Notes under the pieces: model-generated
What the model saw: the letters and a program-made list of their open reading frames with translations, nothing else
Told to the model about the DNA's origin: nothing
Database searches by the model: none
Program-made: the position numbers and the translations under genes
From: Candidatus Hadarchaeales archaeon
GTDB lineage: Archaea; Hadarchaeota; Hadarchaeia; Hadarchaeales; Hadarchaeaceae
Assembly: GCA_038872135.1 (NCBI GenBank)
Contig: JAVZGN010000003.1
Span: 18,683 to 82,682, forward strand
Direction of reading: 5' to 3'
DNA: 64,000 nucleotides
Shown: one piece after another, positions 8,982-17,585 of the stretch
Numbering within the stretch: position 1 is the stretch's first letter
Layout of the letters: every line of letters starts with the position of its first letter

Positions 8982-10094
8982 GTGTTCTTCCACCTCATCC
9001 TGACCTCTGAGTGCAACCTTCAGTGCAGCTACTGCCATGGAGAGGCTGTAGAAACTATCGGGGAAAATTTTGGATTTGATGTCGACTATTCTCTCCCCCC
9101 GAGAATCACCTACGATATTTGCGAGCTGAAAAAATTCTGTGAAAAAGATCCCGAGTGCTCAGTGATTTTCTATGGGGGGGAACCTCTCATCTGCATCGAG
9201 GAGATGATGAGAGTGATGGATGAGGTAAAAGCGAAAAATTTCCTCCTTCAAACGAACGGGATTTTTCTGCACAAGCTCCCGCCGGAATATCTCAGAAGGC
9301 TCCACACAATCCTTGTGTCGATTGATGGTGGTGAAACAGTCACCGACCGACACCGTGGAAGAGGATGCTGGAAAAGAGTTATTGAAAATCTGCGGCTGAC
9401 GAGAGAGAAGGGATTTGAAGGGGAGATAATTGCAAGGATGACGGTGATGGAGGGCGTCGACATTTACCGGGAGGTGAGGTGGCTCGTTGAAAATGACATC
9501 TTCCCATTCTCCTCTGTTCACTGGCAGCTCAACGCCGGCTTCTGGAGGGACTTTTCCAAAAGAAATTTTGAGAGGTGGATTTTGGAAAGCTACAATCCTG
9601 GAATTGAAAAGCTGGTTTCATGGTGGGTGGATGTGATGGAGGAAGGGAGAGTTTTGAAACTCTACCCATTTCTCGGGGTGGCTGCCTCGCTCCTTCTTTC
9701 AGAAAAGAGCAGGCTGCGGTGCGGGGCAGGATGGGCAAACTATGCTATCCAGACAGACGGTTACATCATCCCCTGCCCGTGTATGTGGGGAATGAAGGAG
9801 TTCTACCTTGGCCACATATCTTCGAGCCACCCCCTAAAGCTGCGTGAGGTCGGTGTTGGAGCCCCATGCACCTCCTGCGATGTTTTCGACATTTGCGGCG
9901 GGAGATGTCTTTACGCGAATGTTGTGAAGGCTTGGGATGAAAAGGAATATTCGGTTGTTTGTGAATCGGTCAAAAGAATGATTGGGGCACTGCAGGAAAA
10001 GTTGCCGGAGATAAAAGAGCTGATTGAGGCTGGTAGAATAAAGATGGACGATTTCAGTTATATGAAGTTCAACGGGTGTGAGATAATCCCATGA
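8982..10094 (+). CDS. Radical SAM/SPASM protein (AF0577/TIGR04084-like)
   Basis: CNLQCSYC; FYGGEP; SPASM RCGAG...IIPCP...CTSCDVFDICGGRCLY. Confidence 0.85.
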   Translation: MFFHLILTSECNLQCSYCHGEAVETIGENFGFDVDYSLPPRITYDICELKKFCEKDPECSVIFYGGEPLICIEEMMRVMDEVKAKNFLLQTNGIFLHKLPPEYLRRLHTILVSIDGGETVTDRHRGRGCWKRVIENLRLTREKGFEGEIIARMTVMEGVDIYREVRWLVENDIFPFSSVHWQLNAGFWRDFSKRNFERWILESYNPGIEKLVSWWVDVMEEGRVLKLYPFLGVAASLLLSEKSRLRCGAGWANYAIQTDGYIIPCPCMWGMKEFYLGHISSSHPLKLREVGVGAPCTSCDVFDICGGRCLYANVVKAWDEKEYSVVCESVKRMIGALQEKLPEIKELIEAGRIKMDDFSYMKFNGCEIIP

Positions 10095-10107
10095 GTGAAA
10101 CTCCAGC

Positions 10108-11298
10108 TTAAATCCAGCCCCTTGCGGCCATTGTGTCTGATAGCCTCATTGCCGCCACTGAAAGAGCAGCCTTTCTCATAGAAACCCCGCGCCTTGCAGA
10201 AAACTCGAGGACTTCATCAAAAACTTCCAGAAGCGCCCCCCTGATGGTCTTGAAAGTTTCCTCCTTCTTTGTCCTTGTCCCAGATTTCCCCTTCCTCCAC
10301 TCATCATAGCTTGCAACCACTCCTCCCGCATTTGCAAGGATGTCCGGGATAACAGCCACTCCTCTCTTTTCTAGGATTTCGTCCGCCCCTTTAGTTGTCG
10401 GACCATTTGCACCCTCCACGATGAGCTTGGCTCTTACTTCCCCGGCATTTCTCTCTGTAATAACATCCCCAACAGCGGCGGGAATCAGAATGTCAACATC
10501 CAGCTTCAGCAGCTCCTCATTTGTTATGAGCGCCCCAAACCCCGCAACACTTCCAGTCTTCGCACAGTATTTCCTCAGCTCCTCAATTTTCAGCCCATTT
10601 CTGTCAATAACCCCCCCTCTGGCATCGCTCACGGCAACAACTTTCGCCCCTTTTTCAGAGAGAAAGGTTGCCGCCCAGGAACCAACATTTCCAAAGCCCT
10701 GAATTGCAACCGTCATCCCAGAAATTTCCTCCTTGAGAAACTCTTTTGCGGCCCTCTCGCAGACCGCTGAAACCCCATAGCCTGTGGCCTCAAGCCTCCC
10801 AGGCAGCCCCCCAATCCCGATTGGCTTCCCGGTCACAGACTCCCTGATATGAGTTTCGCCGAAGATGTCCGCCATTTCAGAAGGTCCCGTCCCGAGATCA
10901 GGCGCGGGCACATAGTTCCCCGACACAAGCTCATACCTTATCTCATGCGCAAAACCATGCATGATGATTGCTTTCGCCTCTCTCGGGAGGCTGCTGTCCG
11001 CCACTATCCCTGCTTTTGCCCCTCCAAAGGGAAGGTCCATCAGAGCATTTTTGTATGTCATAAGCTCCGCCAGCCTAATCGTCTCCTCCAGAGTAACATC
11101 TTTCGACATCCTCACCCCTCCCTTATAGGGCGGTCCCCTCGCCATGCTGTGGTAAACAAGGTATGCGTGGATAACCCTGTAGCCTGTGGGAAGATGCCGT
11201 CTCAGCCTGAAGTGGATGATTCTGTCCGGCTCGCTCAGAAGAAAGACAGCTTTCTCAGGCAGCTCAGCGAGGCGAATAATTTCTTCGTCCAGCAGCAT
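10108..11298 (-). CDS. gdhA: Glu/Leu/Phe/Val dehydrogenase (glutamate dehydrogenase-like)
   Basis: YKGGVR, MTYKNA, PFGGAKAG, PAPDLGT, QGFGNVG, EGANGP and PDILANAGGV. Confidence 0.88.
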   Translation of the reverse strand: MLLDEEIIRLAELPEKAVFLLSEPDRIIHFRLRRHLPTGYRVIHAYLVYHSMARGPPYKGGVRMSKDVTLEETIRLAELMTYKNALMDLPFGGAKAGIVADSSLPREAKAIIMHGFAHEIRYELVSGNYVPAPDLGTGPSEMADIFGETHIRESVTGKPIGIGGLPGRLEATGYGVSAVCERAAKEFLKEEISGMTVAIQGFGNVGSWAATFLSEKGAKVVAVSDARGGVIDRNGLKIEELRKYCAKTGSVAGFGALITNEELLKLDVDILIPAAVGDVITERNAGEVRAKLIVEGANGPTTKGADEILEKRGVAVIPDILANAGGVVASYDEWRKGKSGTRTKKEETFKTIRGALLEVFDEVLEFSARRGVSMRKAALSVAAMRLSDTMAARGWI

Positions 11299-11329
11299 CC
11301 GAGAAACTTGATTTTACAGGAATATTAGC

Positions 11330-11989
11330 CTATGGGTGGAGATATCTGGTTGGGTCTGGAATTCCAGCTTTTTTGAACGCCATCTTCCTGTTGTTGCAGG
11401 ACTCGCAGTGCCCGCAGTGATATTTTCCGTCCCGATAGCAACTCCAGGTAACTTCCAAGGGCACGCCAAGCTCTCTAGCAAGCTTCAGGACCTTGAACTT
11501 CGGTAGCCCGGCAAGAGGATTTTTTACCTCTATCTTCTTCTCAGTTCCAAGCTGGATCGCTTTGGTCATGGCGGCCGCAAATTTTCGCCTGCAGTCGGGG
11601 TAGAATTTTGCATCGTCGAGCTGTGGTCCATAGAATATTGCGTCCGCCCCAATTCTCTCAGCATATGCAACGGCGATGGAAATCATTATCCCATTTCTGA
11701 AGGGGACAATCACGGCGGGAGTGAATCTTGATGGCATTGGGATGGTTTTGTCCGTTAGCGCTGTAACTCCGGGGCCGTAAAGGTCTTTCAGAAATGAGAT
11801 ATCTACAATTTTGTGCTCTCTAGCTCCAAGCGCTTTTGCTATTTTCCTTGCGCTCTGAATCTCTCTCGATGCCAGCTGCCCGTAGTCGAAGGTCAGACAG
11901 TGTATCTCGTAGCCCTCCCTCTTCGCAACAGCGGCAGCAGTTGCGCTATCGGGACCACCAGAGATAAGACAAACAGCCTTTTTCATCAT
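11330..11989 (-). CDS. queC: 7-cyano-7-deazaguanine synthase (preQ0, archaeosine pathway)
   Basis: SGGPDS PP-loop, FDYGQ, VPFRNG, YPDC and TWSCY...HCGHCESC. Confidence 0.95.
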   Translation of the reverse strand: MMKKAVCLISGGPDSATAAAVAKREGYEIHCLTFDYGQLASREIQSARKIAKALGAREHKIVDISFLKDLYGPGVTALTDKTIPMPSRFTPAVIVPFRNGIMISIAVAYAERIGADAIFYGPQLDDAKFYPDCRRKFAAAMTKAIQLGTEKKIEVKNPLAGLPKFKVLKLARELGVPLEVTWSCYRDGKYHCGHCESCNNRKMAFKKAGIPDPTRYLHP

Positions 11990-12049
11990 TCAGATTTGGT
12001 AACCACTGTTTAAAGTTTTTAACTTCCCAAACCCTGTTTACTCGAGAAG

Positions 12050-12874
12050 ATGGAAAAGTACGCTGACCTCCACGTCCACACGAGCTTTTCAGACAGCATA
12101 TACTCTCCAGAGGAGGTTCTCAGGAAAGCAAAGGAGGCCGGGCTGAGCGCTGTTGGAATCTGCGATCATGATTCTGTGAAAGGGATTGAGGAGGCGGTGA
12201 AGCTCGAGGAGAAATATGGGGTGGAAGTCATCCCCGGGATTGAGATGAGCACAGAGCTCCACAACCAAGAAATTCACATCCTCGGCTACTTCTTCAACTG
12301 GAGGGATCCCGGTTTCAAAGCCCTGCTGAAGACAATCCAGGAGGTGAGACTCTGGAGGGCGGAGCTGATAGTTACAAAGCTTCAGGGGCTCGGCTTCAAC
12401 TTAGAGTTTGATGAGGTGAGGAAGGAGGCAAGTAGCGAATCCATTGGAAGGCCCCACATAGCAAGGCTGATGGTAAAGAAGAAGTATGTGGAAACCGCCG
12501 ATGAAGCTTTTGAGAAATATCTGCGCGCTGGGGCCCCCGCCTATGTTGGAAAGTATGAGATGCTGCCAGAGGACGCCGTCAGAAAAATAAGGGAGATGCA
12601 AGGGATCCCAGTCCTGGCCCATCCGAAGTTCTCCGTGATGCCAGAGGATGAGTTTGAGCGGCTGGTGAGGCTGGGGCTGATGGGCGTGGAAGTTTATCAC
12701 TCAAGGCACTCTCCCGAGGAGTCTGAGCAGTACCTGAAATTGGCGAGGAAGTATGGTCTTCTGGTCACCGGAGGGAGCGACAGCCATGGAGAGGAAGATC
12801 CAATAGGGTGCGTGAGGGTTCCCTACTCGCATGTAGCCGAGCTCAAAAAGGCTAAACTGAGTCTCCTGGGTTGA
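12050..12874 (+). CDS. PHP-domain phosphoesterase
   Basis: DLHVHT, CDHD, EIHILGY, GRPH, LAHP and GGSDSHG. Confidence 0.92.
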   Translation: MEKYADLHVHTSFSDSIYSPEEVLRKAKEAGLSAVGICDHDSVKGIEEAVKLEEKYGVEVIPGIEMSTELHNQEIHILGYFFNWRDPGFKALLKTIQEVRLWRAELIVTKLQGLGFNLEFDEVRKEASSESIGRPHIARLMVKKKYVETADEAFEKYLRAGAPAYVGKYEMLPEDAVRKIREMQGIPVLAHPKFSVMPEDEFERLVRLGLMGVEVYHSRHSPEESEQYLKLARKYGLLVTGGSDSHGEEDPIGCVRVPYSHVAELKKAKLSLLG

Positions 12875-12879
12875 TGTAA

Positions 12880-13569
12880 ATGAAAAGGCTAAAAGTTAAG
12901 GCTGTGATTTCTGATCTCGACTGCACCCTCGTGTATACTCTCAAAAGATTTTTTGATGTTTTCAACGATGGGCTGGTAAAGCGCGGGATGAAGCCACTTC
13001 CACTGGAATTATTTTTCAAGCACTTTGTGGACGATACGCTGGACAACATCATAGCCCCTCCCTCTGAGCCGGGGAGAGAGGAGAAGCTTCACGAGTTCTG
13101 GATGGAGTTCCTCTGGAAATACAGGGAAGAGGACCCAGGAGCTGTGGTGATTCCCGGGGTTCTGGAAGCCCTTGAAGAAATCAATAGAGCAGGAATTCCA
13201 ATTGCCGTGATGACGAGCTGTATAGTCCCGGTGGGGCGGCTAAAGAGGGAGCTGGAGCGCCTCGGAATTGGGAAATATGTGAAGGCCACGGCTACCGCCC
13301 ACGATGTCCTGGAGAGACTTGAGAAAGGGAACCACTTCTGTAAGGTTGACATCATAAGGCTGGCGGCCGAGAGGCTAGGCATCCAGCCAAAAGATTGCGT
13401 GGTTGTGGGAGATTACTGGAATGACATCAGAGATGGAAAAAAAGCCGGGTGCAAAACAGTAGCCGTTCTTACAGGACTCATGAGGAAAAAGCTCCTTCAG
13501 AAGTATGGTCCAGATGCAGTTATTGAAGGCTTTGCCGACCTTCCAGGGCTCCTGGGGTTAAGAAGATGA
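12880..13569 (+). CDS. HAD-family hydrolase
   Basis: SDLDCTL motif I; VGDYWNDI motif IV. Confidence 0.88.
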   Translation: MKRLKVKAVISDLDCTLVYTLKRFFDVFNDGLVKRGMKPLPLELFFKHFVDDTLDNIIAPPSEPGREEKLHEFWMEFLWKYREEDPGAVVIPGVLEALEEINRAGIPIAVMTSCIVPVGRLKRELERLGIGKYVKATATAHDVLERLEKGNHFCKVDIIRLAAERLGIQPKDCVVVGDYWNDIRDGKKAGCKTVAVLTGLMRKKLLQKYGPDAVIEGFADLPGLLGLRR

Positions 13570-13907
13570 GAACGATCAACGGGACAACATTTGGTAGCAT
13601 AACTGTGGACGGCAGAACATATAACCACGATGTGTGGCTTTTTGTCACCGGAGAGTTGAGGAAACGCGACAGAAATCATGAATTCACCATCGATGAATTT
13701 GTGATGCTTCTCGAAGGCGGGCCTGAGGTAGTCGTTGTCGGAACAGGGCAGGCCGGATGCGTTAGGGTGGAGGACGAAGTAAGGGAGGAGGCCAAGAGAA
13801 GAAAAGTAGAACTCTTATGCTTAGAAACGCCAGAGGCCCTTAAAGTTTACAACAGGGTAGCGGTAGCGAAGAGAAAGGTTGCGGGAGCATTCCACGTGAC
13901 CTGCTGA
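13566..13907 (+). CDS. Mth938-like (DUF498) protein
   Basis: FGSITVDG, VVVGTGQ, ETPEA and terminal HVTC. Confidence 0.88.
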   Translation: MRTINGTTFGSITVDGRTYNHDVWLFVTGELRKRDRNHEFTIDEFVMLLEGGPEVVVVGTGQAGCVRVEDEVREEAKRRKVELLCLETPEALKVYNRVAVAKRKVAGAFHVTC

Positions 13908-13915
13908 GGTGAAGG

Positions 13916-14482
13916 ATGGTAAGAGCATTTGTGGCGGTAAAAATCAGCGATGAGGTAAGGCGGAAGCTGGTGGAGGTCCAGGGGGCGCTGGCAAAGGCGG
14001 GGGCGGAGCAGAAGCTGGTAGAACCGGAAAATCTACATCTCACGCTGAAATTTCTCGGGGAGGTGCAGCAGGAAAAAATTAGGAGGATTGCAGAGAAGGT
14101 GAGCGAGGCTGTGGCTGGGACGGAACCCTTTGACATTCACGTGGCTGGGATAGGAGCTTTTCCCAGCATCGGCTATGCGAGGGTCGTCTGGGCCGGGATG
14201 GCTGAGGGAAGCGAAAAGGTGGCGGAGGTACAGAAGAAGATAGATTCCGCTCTCACCTCCGTTGGGTTTTCGCCAGAAAGGGATTTTCACCCCCACATCA
14301 CCCTCTCCCGCGTAAAGTTCGTGAGAGAAAAGGCGAAGTTTGTCGAATTTTTGAAGGAAATGGCAAAAGCTGATTTTGGGGTTACCAGAGTCGACTCGGT
14401 GAGTTTGGAGCAGAGCACATTGACTTCAAAGGGACCCATTTATTCAACCCTTGCCAAAGTTGAGTTACAGAGCTTGCGATGA
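13916..14482 (+). CDS. thpR: RNA 2',3'-cyclic phosphodiesterase (2'-5' RNA ligase family)
   Basis: Two HxT motifs (HLTLKFLG, PHITL) and N-terminal RAFVAV. Confidence 0.95.
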   Translation: MVRAFVAVKISDEVRRKLVEVQGALAKAGAEQKLVEPENLHLTLKFLGEVQQEKIRRIAEKVSEAVAGTEPFDIHVAGIGAFPSIGYARVVWAGMAEGSEKVAEVQKKIDSALTSVGFSPERDFHPHITLSRVKFVREKAKFVEFLKEMAKADFGVTRVDSVSLEQSTLTSKGPIYSTLAKVELQSLR

Positions 14483-14523
14483 TCTTATCGAAGAAATTTT
14501 GACATGTTCAAATTTTGAGAAAA

Positions 14524-14682
14524 TGGCGCCGGGGGGAGGACTCGAACCTCCGACCGCTCGGTTGCTGCATCCGGAATGGTCAGCCTTCAGAGATGGAGGC
14601 TCGCTCTTCATCCGCTCCCGGTTTTAACAGCCGAGCACTCTACCTACTGAGCTGTCGGGCCACCCAAAGGTGGAACCCCGGC
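14524..14682 (-). tRNA. tRNA-Asn(GTT) with two introns: 21 nt at position 8/9 (14654-14674) and 62 nt at 37/38 (14563-14624); CCA encoded
   Basis: Removing both introns gives GCCGGGGTAGCTCAGTAGGTAGAGTGCTCGGCTGTTAACCGAGCGGTCGGAGGTTCGAGTCCTCCCCCCGGCGCCA, a complete cloverleaf (acceptor GCCGGGG/CCCCGGC). Both junction pairs fold into bulge-helix-bulge motifs. Confidence 0.93.
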
Positions 14683-14722
14683 ATCCCGGCACCAATTGTT
14701 TCTCAATCAAACTTCTATAAAC

Positions 14723-15484
14723 CTATTTCCGAGCCAGCCGCTTTAGCCCTCTAGCCATCAAGGAGAAGGAGCTCCTGAGGTTTTCCCTGTTGGAAAAATT
14801 TTTCACGATTCTTTTCAGGACCCCTTTTGGAAGTTTTCTGAGTTTCTCAGCCTCCTTGACCATCAGAGGCATCGCCCTCACAATGTTATCAACAATGGTT
14901 ATGTCGGCCGCCCTGGACGTCCTTGACATCGGGTTTAGATCAACTGCGATCACACTCTTTCCAAGCCTCTTCAGCGCCTCCGTCCTGTCCCCATCCTCTA
15001 GAGGCACAAGAACAACATCGGCCGCAAGAATCCCTCTCCTGTCGACTTTCCTCCTGTGGCTCTGGATTTCGGGGATTCTGGCGGAAAACTTATGGTCAGC
15101 CCCAAGCACATCTCCCGCTCCATGCCTTTTCAACCAGCCAACGATTTTCTTCTCCCTCTCAGCAGAGCCATGGAAGAGGTTGACCTCAAGGGGTGCCCCA
15201 GTGATTTTTGAAAGTTTAACGAGTTCTCTTGGGACGAGAGCCGCAGCATTACCGTTAACGGAGATCACCGGCCGTCTGGCGAGAAGGAGCTGTGCAACCG
15301 CTGCTTTCACCGCTTTCCTGGCAAGGGGAGTTGTTTTTTCCCCCAAAAGATAGTCGAATGCTTCACCTCTCCCGTGGGCGGCGAGCCCTTCTGGCACAAC
15401 CAGCCCCCTCCTGAACCCCTCTGCAAGCCTTTCCCTTATCCTCAGAGATTCTGCCCTTGGATGGTCGGGAGAAACCCAGCTCAT
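14723..15484 (-). CDS. 4-phosphopantoate--beta-alanine ligase (archaeal phosphopantothenate synthetase)
   Basis: HPRAESLRIRE, AHGRGEAFDYL, ISVNGN, VPLEDGDR and DLNPMSRT. ATG at 15484 preferred. Confidence 0.93.
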   Translation of the reverse strand: MSWVSPDHPRAESLRIRERLAEGFRRGLVVPEGLAAHGRGEAFDYLLGEKTTPLARKAVKAAVAQLLLARRPVISVNGNAAALVPRELVKLSKITGAPLEVNLFHGSAEREKKIVGWLKRHGAGDVLGADHKFSARIPEIQSHRRKVDRRGILAADVVLVPLEDGDRTEALKRLGKSVIAVDLNPMSRTSRAADITIVDNIVRAMPLMVKEAEKLRKLPKGVLKRIVKNFSNRENLRSSFSLMARGLKRLARK

Positions 15485-15542
15485 CGAAGAACCCATTGGC
15501 AGCCACCCAAAAAGCTTTTTGAATACTCCGAGTGACTAAGAG

Positions 15543-16208
15543 ATGGATGGGATGAAGGAATTGGTGCTCCCGGGGATTGCGCTGGTGATAGCAATTGTGG
15601 CGGTTGGGCTGGCGATTGCGATGGGTCCTTTGGGTATCGCTCTGGCCTTGGCGACATTGGGGGTTGCAACTGCTGTAGTCTACCAGTACACCTCAGTCCC
15701 CCCTCCAAGGAAGGAAGAGATAATCCTCGAGGATTTCTCATGGTGGGCCGACATCGGAGAGCCAGGAGCATCTCTGAGAGCCCTAGACCCGCCAGACCCA
15801 TACATAGCATCCCAGATAGTTTCCTCAGATATGGGGATTCTGGCGAAAAACTCAGATCTTCTCTCGAAGAGGCTCTCGCTTCTTGAGGACAGAATTGAGT
15901 TTCAGGGCCTTTATGCGGGAGTCCTCTCCAAAGATGTAGAAAATGTGACAAACGCTCTCTCTGGGATGATTGCAACCCTCGCAAAGACAAGAGCCATTCC
16001 AGCAGACATGACAAAAAAGATGGATGAACAGGCCGCCATCCTCGACAGGATCGCCAACAAGCTTTTTGAGTTTGAGAAGGGGAAGTCTGAGGTTGTGAAG
16101 ATTTACATCGATCCCCTGAGGAGGGCCGCGGAAAAACTTTCTAGCGACCTGAGGAGCGGCGCCGCGAATATCCTGAAGTTTGAAAAGCGATCGGCTCCAC
16201 CGGGGTAA
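15543..16208 (+). CDS. Hypothetical protein with N-terminal TM hairpin and helical cytoplasmic domain
   Basis: 221-aa ORF, hydrophobic aa 7-48; stop 2 nt before the EF-1alpha start; no motif recognised. Confidence 0.7.
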   Translation: MDGMKELVLPGIALVIAIVAVGLAIAMGPLGIALALATLGVATAVVYQYTSVPPPRKEEIILEDFSWWADIGEPGASLRALDPPDPYIASQIVSSDMGILAKNSDLLSKRLSLLEDRIEFQGLYAGVLSKDVENVTNALSGMIATLAKTRAIPADMTKKMDEQAAILDRIANKLFEFEKGKSEVVKIYIDPLRRAAEKLSSDLRSGAANILKFEKRSAPPG

Positions 16209-16210
16209 AC

Positions 16211-17473
16211 ATGGAAAAACCCCACATCAACCTAGTTTTCATCGGGCATGTGGATCACGGGAAGTCGACGCTCGTTGGCAGGCTACTTGTTGACATGGGA
16301 GTTGTGAAAGAGGAGGATGTGAAAAAGTTCGAGGCGATGGGTGACAAGGGGAAGTCCTTCAAGTTTGCGTGGGTGATGGACAGGGAGAAGGAGGAGAGGG
16401 AAAGAGGATTGACAATAGACATCGCCTACCAGAAGCTTGAAACCTCGAAAAATTTCATCACAATCATAGATGCTCCAGGCCACAGGGATTTCGTCAAGAA
16501 CATGATCACCGGGGCAAGCCAAGCCGATGCCGCAGTCTTGGTTGTTGCGGCCGACGACGGGATAATGCCGCAGACTAGGGAGCATGCGGCCCTCGCTTTC
16601 ACCCTCGGGGTAAACCAGTTGATCGTGGCGATAAACAAGATGGACCTGGTTGGTTTTGCGCAGAATGTGTATGAAAAGATAAGGGGAGAGACCCTCACGC
16701 TTCTCTCCAGCATAGGGTATAAAAATGCTGAGGAGTTTCCGATCGTTCCTATTTCGGCCTTTCATGGGGATGGTGTTACCACACCAAGCAGAAATCTCAC
16801 CTGGTATAAAGGGCCAACTCTTCTTCAGGCACTTGAAACTCTCGTTGAGCCCGAGAAGCCAATTGATAAACCCCTAAGAATCCCCATCCAAGATGTCTAT
16901 TCGATAACCGGAGTTGGAACGGTGCCCATCGGGAGAGTTGAGACTGGGGTTTTGAAGGTTGGAGATACAGTAGTTTTTGAGCCGGCCGGCGTGCGGGGGG
17001 ATGTGAGGTCCATAGAAATGCACCACCAGCCGATTCAAAAGGCCGTGCCCGGGGACAACATAGGGTTCAATGTGAGGGGTGTTTCAAGAGAGCAGATTTC
17101 TAGAGGGGATGTTGCAGGACATCCTGAGAATCCCCCCAGGGTCGCAAGAGAATTTACTGCTAAGGTTGTAATCCTCTCCGCCCCGACGGAGATTTCCCCG
17201 GGATTTACACCCCAGTTTCACTGTCATGCCGCCAACCGCCCTGGAACAATAACACAAATCCTTCAGAAAATCGACCCTAGAACCGGAGCAGTTGTGGAGG
17301 AAAATCCAAAAAGCCTTAGAAAGGGAGATGCTGGAGTTATCAAGGTGATGCTGGCAAAGCCCATGGTGATAGAGAAGGCCAGTGAGCTCTCAGAGCTAAG
17401 CAGATTTGCGGTGAGGCATGGTGGGCAGACGATAGCCGCCGGCCTTTGCGTCGATCTTGTACCGGCAAAGTGA
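16211..17473 (+). CDS. tuf: Elongation factor 1-alpha (domain III divergent; possibly a paralog)
   Basis: GHVDHGKS, RGLTI, DAPGHRDFVKNMITG, NKMD and KPLRIPIQDVY. Confidence 0.9.
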   Translation: MEKPHINLVFIGHVDHGKSTLVGRLLVDMGVVKEEDVKKFEAMGDKGKSFKFAWVMDREKEERERGLTIDIAYQKLETSKNFITIIDAPGHRDFVKNMITGASQADAAVLVVAADDGIMPQTREHAALAFTLGVNQLIVAINKMDLVGFAQNVYEKIRGETLTLLSSIGYKNAEEFPIVPISAFHGDGVTTPSRNLTWYKGPTLLQALETLVEPEKPIDKPLRIPIQDVYSITGVGTVPIGRVETGVLKVGDTVVFEPAGVRGDVRSIEMHHQPIQKAVPGDNIGFNVRGVSREQISRGDVAGHPENPPRVAREFTAKVVILSAPTEISPGFTPQFHCHAANRPGTITQILQKIDPRTGAVVEENPKSLRKGDAGVIKVMLAKPMVIEKASELSELSRFAVRHGGQTIAAGLCVDLVPAK

Positions 17474-17585
17474 AAATTCAAAGCGAACATCTCATGAAAG
17501 GACAAATTTCACGGTTTCAGAAACCCAACAGCATCTCCTAAATATTTATACACTTCAACCCCTCACTTTCTGTGGAGGTAATTAA

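Noticed and set aside
14524-14660. tRNA-Asn as a pseudogene, split tRNA half or integration remnant with a mismatched acceptor stem
   Set aside because: The matching 5' strand GCCGGGG is 21 nt upstream and the intervening sequence forms an exact BHB, so an intron explains it fully.
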